Of a DNA stretch of 64,000 nucleotides, positions 1-10,152 are shown one piece after another. Numbering within the stretch: position 1 is the first letter of the stretch; every line of letters begins with the position of its first letter. The stretch is taken from NCBI GenBank assembly GCA_965644315.1, contig CBFFRQ010000084.1, positions 1 to 64,000 on the forward strand. Direction: 5' to 3'. The DNA is from Caecitellus pseudoparvulus. Lineage: Eukaryota; Protista; Bigyra: Bicosoecida. Made by a program: the position numbers and the translations under genes. The notes under the pieces were generated by a model, which was not told the DNA's origin, did not search any database, and saw only the letters and a program-made list of their open reading frames with translations.

Positions 1-78
1 CTAGCCGGCGCGGGGCCGAGCAACCGCGCTGCAAACCAGCCGCCGCAGCGGAGCTGTGAGAGCGCGGCAGGGTGCGCC

Positions 79-3000
79 ATGGCCAAGGCGAGCAAGGGGG
101 ACATAGAAAGCGTCGGCAGGACGACGGAGCACCCTGGGCACGCCATCATTCCTCGAAAACTGCTCCGGTGCGGCGCGTGGCATGCAGCGCTGCTGAGGCG
201 GTGGCCCCATGCACTCCCGCCCCGCCCCACAGCCCTTCCAAGCACCTCCTGTCATGGACCAAGTGCATCGTGGTAAAACAGGGCGCCACCTTCAAGTGCG
301 TGCCGCTGGCGCCGCCATGGGCCGATTCGCTCTCCCGCCCTGAAGGATGGTCGGGGCGAGTGCGGTATTTGACGCACGAAACGCTTCCCCTGTCACAGGC
401 TGTACCGTGAAAGCTCCAAGGCCTTCCTCATGGCTGCCGTGCGCCTGCAGGGCACCTCCATCATGCTGCTCAGCACTGGTCCCTCCTTCCCCGCTAACTG
501 GCGCTGGACGCCCCAGGATGCCGCTGCTCTGCTGGGCGGCGCTGGTGGTCGACATGGCTCTGGGCTGGTGCCGCCCGAGGGGGAGGGGGAGGGGGGTGAG
601 GGGGGGGCCTCCCAACAGGTGCGCGCCATGCGCCACGCAGCGGCGGTGGGCAGTGCCTTGGCCCTGCCCCCCCAGCAGCGGGGTGCGGCGTACTGCGCCG
701 TCCTGCGACCTGCCCTGACCCACCCCCTCCGCCAGGCGGCAGCGGCGACCAGCTCCGCCGCGGCAGGCGCAGGGGGGGAGGCAGACCAGGCGGAACACCA
801 GCACCCGTTCTTAGTGTCTGCATCGGCTGGGCGTGCTCTGGTGGCGCCGCCCCCCGGCTCCAACTCCAACTCCTGGTTCGCCCTGGAGCTCGTGTCCCAC
901 TGCGAGAACTGCGACGACCGACTCGGAAAAGGCGTGTGTTCCGGCTCCGCGGCTGCCGCAGAAGAGGCCCCGGCGCCCGCCCCTGCTCCGGCCCCGGCCC
1001 CATCCCCGGCTCCCGCCCCCAGCCCGCCCAAGAGCAGTGGAGTCTTCGCTGGCGCGCTGTCGACCCTGTCACGGACATTCGGCGGGTCAGGGCGCAGTGG
1101 GAAGATCACGCCACTGGCCACAGCCCCCCAGGAAGACCCCAAACCCACCCCCCTCGGCGCCACAGGCGGCACAGCCATGGTGCGGTCGGGGGGGCAGCTG
1201 CCCCCTGCGCGACCATCGCCGGCGCGGCGCTCCAGGTCGCAGCGACCTCCTCGCGTCCGGCAGTGCCTGGCGTTGATCGGGCAGTACGTGCGGTTTTTGC
1301 CCGAACCAGATGTGGACGTGCGGTGTCTAGCCGCCCACATCCCCCGAGTGTGGGCAAACGGCACTCGTGCTGTGTGGTGTCCCCGAAACCCCCGTGTGCT
1401 GTGGACGGGGTTTGTGCCGCGTCTGCTGGGGACCAATGTGCTGGCCCGGGGGGGCAGCGGCAGCCGCGCGCCCCACGCAGACATGGCCCCTGCACTGCTG
1501 GCGGCCAATGGCATGCGCCCACTGACTGTGCAGACGGCGGCGGCAGCGGCGCCGGCGTCCAGTGGACTGGGGCGGGGGGGGTCCGACTGGCAGCGCCCCT
1601 GCCACCTCCTATCCTCCGGGGAGTGGAACCCGCCCGGCAAGTCCTCTGCTGCGTTCGGACACAAGAACACCTACCCTTGGCGTGAGTCAGCTGTTCTGGA
1701 TTGGGAGGCGGAACAAGCCAAGGCCATGTCGGAGTCCCTGCAGACACCCGTTGCTCGCAGGCGCAAGGGTGACGCAGGGCGTTGGCCCACCCCCGCAGGT
1801 GACTCACAGGCACTAGCCACAGTGCCAGGGCACGCCCTGCGCCCTGTCCCCGGTTGGGTGGACGGGTCAGGGTCAGCGGAAGGCTCCAGTGCGCCGTCTA
1901 GCACAATGCGTTTCGCGTCGTCGGCCGTGAACGGCAGCAGCAGCGCCAGTCGTTCCGAGGCGGGTGGCGGCCCACCCCAGTCCTCACACCACACACCCAG
2001 CAAGCCATCAGGCATTGTGACAGCGACGGAGATGGCTGCCGTGCGCCAACGCCGCGCAGAGGCCGCTGCGGCAGCTGCTGCCTTCGACCAACACGTCGCA
2101 GGTGCCGAGCAAGGTGCAGTGCACGTGGGCCCACCCACGGCGGAGATGGTGCATTCCGGTCCCCCCAGTGGAGACATGATGCCGCCAGGGCGCGTGTACA
2201 GCTCCCGAACGCCGTCCTGGGTCTCTGACGGCTCCGACACGGCGTCGGTGCGGTCGAGCCACGCTGGCAGCATCGGGGGTGGAGCTGGCGGCGGCGGCGG
2301 CAGCCGCGTCCTGCCCAACTCCCGCCTGAACGCAGCACAGCGAGTGCGGCTGAAACGCCTCATGCTGGGCTTCACCGCGAGCTCCGACGGGCGCAGTCGC
2401 AGTGTCAGCGGCGGGTCGGTGGGGTGGGGCAGCACCATGTCCTCCTTCGACTCCGACGGCGTGTCGCCCGCCGCCCCAGACAGCACCACCGGCCACGCGA
2501 CGTTTTCGTTTGACGGAGGGGGTGACGATGGGGAGCACCACATGGGGCGCTTCGAGCCTATCGTGACGGCGTCGGCCCTGTCAGGTGGCGACGACGCAGA
2601 CGGCGAGGGCGGGCTGGATGCGGAATTTGAGGGGGACGGCGAGGACGGCGATGTCGTGCAGAGTCTGGAGGCGTCACGGGGCCTGGAGGGCGGCATGGGC
2701 GCACGCGGCCTGACCAGCGTCGCCAGTGCCCTCAGCGTCATCGCAGAGGCGGAGGACTCGCGCATGGAAGCGTCGCGGGACTGGGCCGGGCGGCGCACAA
2801 CGAGTGTCGGCGTGGGGCAGACGCGCGGCCTGCGGGCCTCCTCCGACATGGGCAGCAGCAGCGAGCAGCGCGCCGACTCAGACGTGTCTGGCGTGGAGGT
2901 GGTGCGGGACACATCTGGCTCCCTCGCCTCCGCACTGCTGCCCCAGCCCACCGACAAACCCGGCGCAGCACCCACGCCCATCACCGTGCAACCTGCCAAG

Positions 3001-3759
3001 TCCGACGTGCAGCCGCCCATGCAAGTGGTGCAGACAGACATGGTGCCGTTGCACTCGTCCAGTGCTGCGACTGCGACGCAGATGTCTGACGTCGCCACTG
3101 CCGTGCAGTCGTACACGTACGAGCCAGGGTGTGATCCAGTGCCGCTGGACACCACCCTGCTGGTGAACCGCCTGCCAGAGTGGAACCCCGCAGGGAAAAC
3201 GCTCACCATGAAGTTCCTGGGGTCCCGTGTCACGGGGAGCTCCTCGAGAAATTTCTTGATGGAGGTGACACCCAGCGGGGGAGGCGTGCAAGTGGCGGCG
3301 GCAGCGGCGGCAGCCAGTGGGGCGGTGGGGCGAGTGCGCCCCTCAGCCTTGGCCCGCATGCACGACGTAGCAGGGGGGGGCGCGGACGATGGCGATGTGG
3401 GGCAGGATGGGCCCATCCCCCCCCGCGTCGTGCGCCCACCCTCCGTGCCCAGTCTGCAGTTCGGGCGCCTGCAGGGCAACACGTACTCGCTGGATTACCG
3501 GCACCCCCTCTGCACGGCGCAGGCGTTTGCCATTTTCCTGGCCTCCTTCATGTGGAGCGTGAGTCCCTCCAGCAAGACCTCCTCCGGCAAGCGCCGCAGG
3601 GGCGCCACGGGGGGCCCGCCGGGCGACGGCGCAACTTCCGACGCCCAGCACACTCGCGGCGCGTCAGGCGACAGTGCGGCGTCAGATGCCTCGGGGCACC
3701 CTGTGCGGCACACAGATGTGACGGGCGGACACGGTGTGCAGCTGACGGTGAAAGGCTGA
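79..3759 (+). CDS. Tubby-domain protein with very large low-complexity insertions (introns about 168-232, 296-398, probably 619-735)
   Basis: The spliced N-terminus reads ...WTKCIVVKQGATFKLYRESSKAFLMAAVR (tubby beta1-3-like). The C-terminus LVNRLPEWNPAGKTLTMKF..RVTGSSSRNF..LQFGRLQGNTYSLDYRHPLCTAQAFAIFLASF is the tubby C-terminal signature. The GT-AG introns restore the frame. Confidence 0.8.
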
Positions 3760-3791
3760 TAGCGTTTGGTCCAGGCGGGGCGGCTGCGGGG

Positions 3792-5340
3792 TCACTTTGG
3801 CAAGGGCAGTGCCGTTTGCAGCTTGGCCAGCAACGCAGGCAACACCCACAGCGGCACCAGCCCTTCCCTTCGACAAGCGTCGGCCAGCACTGCATCTCCT
3901 TGCGCAAGCTGCAGGGCTTGTATCAAGGGGGCGCCCTCTTGCAGCTGGGCCAGACAGCGCTGCAAGGCTTGCAGCGTGTGCGTTTCACGCCCCGGCGGCG
4001 TTGGCGCAGCCTGCGTTTCCGCGTGCCCTGCCACGGCGCCTTGCAGAAGGGACAGTGCGATGGCGGTGAGCAGCCACGTCCACTGCTGCAGGTGCATGCC
4101 GACGTCTGCGCGCAGCATGCGCTCCACGAGGAACAGCCAGGCTGCGTCACGTGCTTCCTCTGCGACGCCTGCAGTGCGGCAGTCTTGAATGCGCTGCTGC
4201 ACGCGCCGTGACGTGGCCAGGAGGAACGCCGTGATGGCAGGCAGCGCCTCTGTGCCAAACCAGTTGTGATTGATGGACAGGCACATGTCCAGGTTCAGCA
4301 CTTGGTGGAACCACCCGCTCGGGACGAACATCGCGGTGCCAGGCGCCTGCACAGCGGCCCAGCAACGCTGCCACGGCACCGAAACGCTGGGCTGTGTGGC
4401 ACCGCCTTCATGTTCGCTGTGCGCCGCTGCAGCGAGCAGGAGGGCCTCTCGCAAGTGCTCTGGCAGGCCTTGTATGGCTTTTGGGTCCAGGTCTTGTGTG
4501 GCGTCGGCGATGAGCGGAATGCCGTCTCCGTCAGCCAAGTGCTGCGTTGCTGCAGGCTCCCACAGCAACCACAGCTTCCGCCCCGCGATCTGCGCCGACC
4601 ACGAGTGCGAAGCGATGATGTCATGGTGAATGGGTGTGAAGGAGCCCGCCTGGCCCAAGTACAGGAATTTGTAGTCGTCTTGGCCCGCGGGGGTGGCGCC
4701 TGCCATGGCTGGCGTTTCGCGCACAAGGCTGCGCACGACGTCGCCCGGCACGCCCCACGCCGCCGCGGCATCACCCTCACATGCTGCAGCCAGGAGACTC
4801 CCCACAGCACCCGACCACCACCAATTCAAATAGTCTTCCTGGAAAGCGACTGGCGTCGAGTAAGCTGCAGCTGCGGCCTCTCTGTGGTGCAGCGCGATGT
4901 GGCAGTCCTTCAAATACCGCGTCGGGACACCCGGCAAGGCAGGTGCACTGAAGAGGCGCAGTGCCTCCTTCACAGTGTACGTGTCCACACCCATCGCGTC
5001 GTACGCGATGGTCCGCCGATCTGCCGCACATTCGTGCAAGGGGCCACACGCTGTGCCGATGTCCTCCTCCACTGGGCCGGCACACACTGCGCCCTGAGCG
5101 TCGGCCCAGCGACCAAGGCAAGGCCATGCTTCTGCGTCCAATTCAAGGAGAAGCTGGGTAGGAAAGGAAAGTGTTAGTGGGGTGAGGCTGGCGCCAGCGC
5201 CGCCGGCAAAATATCGAGCCACGTACTGGCTTAAGCGGAACAACAAGCTCCTTCCATGCCGCCTCTGCATCTTTTCCATCAAGTGTCACGGTCGGAACTT
5301 CTTGAATAAAGCCAGCGCCGGCGTCGCAATCAGCAGCCAT
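3792..5340 (-). CDS. JMJD4: JmjC 2OG-Fe(II) oxygenase, JMJD4 family (intron 5154-5226)
   Basis: Motifs YLKDCH, DYLNWWW, DDYKFLYLG..GSFTPIHHD, SWSAQIAGRKLW and FVPSGWFHQVLNL..CLSINHNW. ATG at 5340 with a GTACGT...CCCAG intron. Confidence 0.9.
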
Positions 5341-5514
5341 CGGCACGAAACGCCAACGAAACGCGAGCGAGGCCGAGGTCTGCCCAGTGCCGCAAAAGAC
5401 TCCGATGGGAAAGAGAACACCAAATATAGACATAAAAGTACCTGTTTGATAAAGTGGAAGCGCCCTTCTGATTGCCTAGCCCCTCCATGCCATAGGCTGG
5501 TTCGGAGTGCAGCG

Positions 5515-5521
5515 AAAAAAA
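5515..5521 (-). terminator. RNA Pol III oligo-dT terminator of tRNA-Lys
   Basis: A run of 7 T on the minus strand, 1 nt after the tRNA 3' end. Confidence 0.8.
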
Positions 5522-5522
5522 G

Positions 5523-5595
5523 CACCTCACACGGGTCTCGATCCCGTGACCGTACGATTAAGAGTCGTACGCTCTACCAACTGAGCTAGCAAGGT
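5523..5595 (-). tRNA. tRNA-Lys (anticodon CTT)
   Basis: ACCTTGCTAGCTCAGTTGGTAGAGCGTACGACTCTTAATCGTACGGTCACGGGATCGAGACCCGTGTGAGGTG folds into a 73-nt cloverleaf. The anticodon loop is CT-CTT-AA and the discriminator is G73. Confidence 0.95.
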
Positions 5596-5643
5596 ATTTC
5601 ATGCTTGGGGAGGGAAAATTTGCGTAATTCATCACCATTTGCT

Positions 5644-8600
5644 TCATTGACTAGCCGCAGCACCTTCGAGTTCGCTCTGCTTCCGCTCAATGGCTTGGGG
5701 GGTGGGCGGCTCAGCACCCACCACTTCGGAAATCAGCTCGTCCAGCGCAAGCTTCTTGAAGCCCACTGCGCTGGTCTGCTTCTTCATGCCCCGCCGCAGC
5801 CACCTCAAGTGCGCCTCTGGCTCCGCTGAGCCAATCACGGACGCCACACGCAACAGCGCCTCCTCTACCGTGCGCATGCACCCTGTGACGTCCTCAGGTC
5901 CGTGTGGGGATGTTGGCTCCACGTCGCCACCGAGCAGGCTGCAGTAGGTGGCCTGTGTCACGGCACACAGCGGCAGGCCCGTGCTGGCTGCACTCTTCAA
6001 TTCGGGCGTTTCTTCGCCGGTCCACGACAGCCGAACACGCGCACTGGACTCCACTTTCTCCTTGAAACTGTACAGAGCGAGAGAAATGCGGTTCAGCAAC
6101 TGCACCGTGCTGGGAGGGCACGCGGAGCTGCCCAGCATGGTCAGCTCGCCCTCGGCAACGCTGACAAGCCAGTCAATCACCCGCCCCTCAAAACGCTCTT
6201 GCTCCGAGGGGCTGCCAGAGGACTTAAACCAGCCAGAACTAGCCTCGCCTGCACCTTCATCCACATCCTGCGCGGCGCCGTGCAGCTCCGCGTCATCGTA
6301 TTTCTCCTTGGCAAAGTCAGCTTGCCCAGCGAACGCAACGCCCCGCACGCCAGCCAGAATCACCTGCGCCAACTGCACAGCGCCCTGCCCCCCCCGCAGC
6401 AACTGCTCTCGCATGTGCCCACGGTCCACACCGGCACTCTTCAGCGCCTCCAGCGCCGCAGCCACGACGATGCACACCAACTGCCGTGCCAGCAATGCCT
6501 GCGCAGGCCCCTGCAATCGCAACGCACACGGCGAAGCCCATACAGCCCCCTGCCCCACCAGCGGCGACTGCAGGGCGTCTCCGTCCTCGCCATCGCTGCC
6601 GCCACCCACATCGCTGCCGTCTTCCGGCGTCTCCTCGCCGTGGTCTGCGCGAGGCTGCCGCACCAGCTCCTTGAACTGTGCGGGGTCCCACACCTTCACA
6701 AGCGCCATGAGCAGGCGACCAGCCGAGCTCGGGACGTGCGTCGTGTCCACAGCATGTGGCGACAGCCCGAGGGCAGTCAGCAGACTGAACGCCCGCAAGT
6801 GCTCGATGCGGCGCAGTGCCTCATAGCTGCCCGAAGCGCCGCCAAACCACCGCATGCCGTCGGGCGGGTCCAGCTCTTCAAGGGACGCCTCTGTCAGTTC
6901 ATCCTGTTCTCGGGCCACGATGGCCGTGGCCAGAACACGCGCGAACAGGGAGCCCGTGGCGTCCCCTGCCAGGCCGAACTGCTCGCCCTCCCCCTCGTCG
7001 CCGCCCCCTGCCAGAGTCACGTGCACCATGGACAGCGGAACACTGCCCTCATCCTCCTGCCCAGAGGCGGCACTGGACACCTGCCCTGACTCCCCGCCTG
7101 CCAAGTCCTCGGGCGACGTGCAGGGGTCTTCCGCCTGTCCGCTGCCATTGCGCAGGAGTGTCGTGACTTGCCCGGTGAGCGCTGCGTAGGGCGGGTGAGG
7201 CGGGTAGAAGGCCCACTTACCGGCGGCCCGTGTAGTGCTCAACCACGCATCCCGCCGCACCTCCCCGACTGCAGTCAGAACAGCGTCCATGGCCAGGGTG
7301 CGCAGGAGCTCCGACACGGCAACGTGTGTTCCGGACTCGCCCCACTTGTTCCAGGAGTCACTGTCGTCCAGCGCATGCAGCGTGTCCCATGTCGCCGGCA
7401 TCAGCCCACGCATGCACCCCCACAGCAAATCCAGGCGGTGCAACTCAGGCACGGCCGGGCAACCCTCCAACCCCGCCGCCTCTCCCCGCACCGCCTCCAC
7501 CTCGCACTGCTCAGAGACGTCGTGCAGGTCGTGGAATGTCACCTGCACGTTCTCCGCCTGCAGGCTGCTGACGCTGTTCGCGGCGGAAGGCGGCAGCGGG
7601 AACTGACTCGCCTTCGCGGAGTCAGCCGAGGCACTCCCACTCGGAACAGGCCGCGGAGGGGCGAGGCCGAACACTGAGCGCCCCCACTGGTTCGCACTTC
7701 GTAGTTCCGCCCTGGACACGTGGCGCTGGGCGCCGTACTCGCGATCTGCGATGAACTCTTGCCGGTGCCGTGCCTCGGTGTCATCGTTCAGGGCGAAATG
7801 ACTCAGGCGCCGAATGAGGTCCTTCCAATCCTGCCGTGGCGCTACCGACGCCCAGTTCTGCATGCACGGTGACGAGGCGTGCAGCAGCACCGCGGCACGC
7901 GCCATGCGTTTCAGGCTCTGTGCCAGCAAGATGCCGCGCTTGAACTGGCTCACGTTGGCAGGCTCAGCGACGTCCCCCAGACTGAGCGCAGGCAACACCA
8001 GGGCCATGTCCAGGTGCCTGCCTGTGCGCACAGCTGACGCCATGGCGATGGAGTTGTCGTACAGAATGCCTCGCAGGAGCTGCTCACGGACCCGGTGTGT
8101 GACGGCGCGGCGGTCCTCGCCGAAACCCTCCCCATTGGCCGCCCACAGCTCATTCACCCACGGGACGACGTGCATGGGGTGCAGGAAGATGGGCCGGCGG
8201 TGGGATCCAGGCGGTACTTCTGGCTCCAGGTCCATCAGGCTCAAGATGGACCGCATGGGGACGATGTCCACCTCGAACCAGTGGTGCACCAGGCGCCAAA
8301 ATGCCGCACACTCCCGCAGCTCAATGCTGACGAGCGGCAGCAACAGCTGCCGCATGGGGCGGTCCATGCCCAGCAACAACATGGCGTGCCTGGCCGCGCT
8401 CAGCATCTGTGACTCCCCGTATAGCCCCAGCAGGCGGTCCCAGCAGCCCACCTTGGCGTCCACGTGGTCGGGGGGCAGCGGCAGCCACGGCTCCTTGCCA
8501 CGTGGCTTCGCCACCAACACGTGCACGGGGCGCAGCAGCATGAAGCCGACGACGGCGTAGGAGACAGCAATGCCCCACAGGACAACGGAGATGACGCCGT

Positions 8601-9888
8601 TGGCCACGTCTTGGGGGTGGATGCAGGTGGCCAGCAGCGTGCAGGTGTGGGCGCCGCTGGGCAGAGTGAAGAGGCAGTCGAAAGACCCGCCCACATTCAC
8701 CAGGGCGAGGTCAGTGCTGCCACTGTCGTCTTCAGACCTGGGGATCGTCCCCGCCGCGCGCCCACACCGCAGCGCCAGGGGAATGTACACACTCAAACAT
8801 GCCAGCACAGTGTAGCTGATGGTGAGCAGGACCAGGAACCCACGAATGCCCAAGTGCCCGCAGCCCCGGCGAGCACCTGACATCCACAGGCAAGCACTGC
8901 CCGGGTACACTCGTTTGGGCTTGCATGCACACAACAGCCTGCGCAGCATGAGGAAGTACTGGCTCGTTGACGTCGCCATGGGCCAGTCCTTGCGCGCAGC
9001 GTACACCGGCGCAAGCAGAGCTGCAATGGCCTTGTGCAGCCGCACAGCCGCCAAGTTCCGCCGCACAAACTCGTCGTACACTTGCCGCCGCACAGGCATG
9101 TAGTTCAGCACGGCCCCCGGCGACGGGAACTTGGGCGGCGTGCGGGTCATGCTCGTGGGCTCGTCGCCCCGCTGGCCGAAACCGGTGAGGAGGGAGTAGT
9201 GCCGCTGCACCAGCAGCCAATTGCTGCCCTCCAGCACGGCAGACTCGCCTGAGGCGAGGTCGGCCAGCTGTTCTTCGATTTCGTGGAAATGTGTGCCCAG
9301 CTGCACTGTAATGGTGCCCAGCAAGCTCACCATGGCGTGTTTGATGAAGAAGTACAGCAGCGCCAGCGACAACTGCAGAAACGTCGCTGCCGCAGTGATG
9401 TCCACCATGGCAGCTTCAATGCAAGGGTATGCGTTCGGAACCAGGTGGGTGTGGGCCAGAGTCAAGTTGGTGCCGCCTGCGCCCGCCTGCGTGGCGTTGA
9501 CACCGCCTGGCAGCCGGGCTCCTGTCTGGGCCCATACCGGAAACGCATCCAAGTCAAAGCCACGGTCACTCCACGCACCCAGCGTCCCACCATCGGAGCA
9601 AGAGGTGGAAGCGGCTGCGGCAAAGAAAGGCCGTGTGCCCAGGGCGGTGCAGTCTTCAAAGGGCGGCAGCGGGTTTGCGCCGTAGCTGCTGTCGTCTGGG
9701 CCAAGCCCTCGCGCAGTGCACGTCGTCGAGTACGATTCGCGAAGGTACAGCACAGTGCCAAAGAGCGTTGCAGAGGAGGTGAGGGCAATGAGGCCAAACC
9801 TCTCACTCCACAGGAAGCGTGCATTGCCCTCCTTGGCGCTGCTGGTGCTGCTCACCAGCGCAGAAAGAGCTGCTCCTGCTGCAGCCAT
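5644..9888 (-). CDS. Large 4-TM membrane protein, putative innexin/pannexin/LRRC8-like channel domain plus a long cytoplasmic C-terminus
   Basis: Intronless ORF, first ATG at 9888. Four hydrophobic segments with Cys-containing loops between TM1-2 and TM3-4. The second loop reads FDCLFTLPSG...TCIHPQDVANGVI. The CDS is confident; the family call is tentative. Confidence 0.6.
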   Translation of the reverse strand: MAAAGAALSALVSSTSSAKEGNARFLWSERFGLIALTSSATLFGTVLYLRESYSTTCTARGLGPDDSSYGANPLPPFEDCTALGTRPFFAAAASTSCSDGGTLGAWSDRGFDLDAFPVWAQTGARLPGGVNATQAGAGGTNLTLAHTHLVPNAYPCIEAAMVDITAAATFLQLSLALLYFFIKHAMVSLLGTITVQLGTHFHEIEEQLADLASGESAVLEGSNWLLVQRHYSLLTGFGQRGDEPTSMTRTPPKFPSPGAVLNYMPVRRQVYDEFVRRNLAAVRLHKAIAALLAPVYAARKDWPMATSTSQYFLMLRRLLCACKPKRVYPGSACLWMSGARRGCGHLGIRGFLVLLTISYTVLACLSVYIPLALRCGRAAGTIPRSEDDSGSTDLALVNVGGSFDCLFTLPSGAHTCTLLATCIHPQDVANGVISVVLWGIAVSYAVVGFMLLRPVHVLVAKPRGKEPWLPLPPDHVDAKVGCWDRLLGLYGESQMLSAARHAMLLLGMDRPMRQLLLPLVSIELRECAAFWRLVHHWFEVDIVPMRSILSLMDLEPEVPPGSHRRPIFLHPMHVVPWVNELWAANGEGFGEDRRAVTHRVREQLLRGILYDNSIAMASAVRTGRHLDMALVLPALSLGDVAEPANVSQFKRGILLAQSLKRMARAAVLLHASSPCMQNWASVAPRQDWKDLIRRLSHFALNDDTEARHRQEFIADREYGAQRHVSRAELRSANQWGRSVFGLAPPRPVPSGSASADSAKASQFPLPPSAANSVSSLQAENVQVTFHDLHDVSEQCEVEAVRGEAAGLEGCPAVPELHRLDLLWGCMRGLMPATWDTLHALDDSDSWNKWGESGTHVAVSELLRTLAMDAVLTAVGEVRRDAWLSTTRAAGKWAFYPPHPPYAALTGQVTTLLRNGSGQAEDPCTSPEDLAGGESGQVSSAASGQEDEGSVPLSMVHVTLAGGGDEGEGEQFGLAGDATGSLFARVLATAIVAREQDELTEASLEELDPPDGMRWFGGASGSYEALRRIEHLRAFSLLTALGLSPHAVDTTHVPSSAGRLLMALVKVWDPAQFKELVRQPRADHGEETPEDGSDVGGGSDGEDGDALQSPLVGQGAVWASPCALRLQGPAQALLARQLVCIVVAAALEALKSAGVDRGHMREQLLRGGQGAVQLAQVILAGVRGVAFAGQADFAKEKYDDAELHGAAQDVDEGAGEASSGWFKSSGSPSEQERFEGRVIDWLVSVAEGELTMLGSSACPPSTVQLLNRISLALYSFKEKVESSARVRLSWTGEETPELKSAASTGLPLCAVTQATYCSLLGGDVEPTSPHGPEDVTGCMRTVEEALLRVASVIGSAEPEAHLRWLRRGMKKQTSAVGFKKLALDELISEVVGAEPPTPQAIERKQSELEGAAASQ

Positions 9889-10152
9889 GGGTGTGCGGAA
9901 TCTGCTCCAAGCTCCCACACGAGGCCAAGCTGCTCACAGCCGCACCCTGCTCCTAAACAGCAGGTGTAGCATGAAAATGGTATCAACAAGTTGTGCGTTT
10001 CATTTCGAACACAGAGGGGGGTGCAGGAATGTGCGCAAGTCGCGCAACTGCGGCTGCAGGCTGGAGCACTTGCAGCCAGGCAGACGGCTCCCAACCGCAG
10101 AGTGCCCACGTCTCACCAACCCACGGTGCCTTCCTTGCCCAGCCCACGGCGC

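Noticed and set aside
1671-3482. 603-aa antisense ORF, and similar ones at 20083-21360, 24497-25792, 29804-31171 and 56271-57499
   Set aside because: Shadows of real genes on the opposite strand, caused by high GC and codon bias. They carry no motifs.
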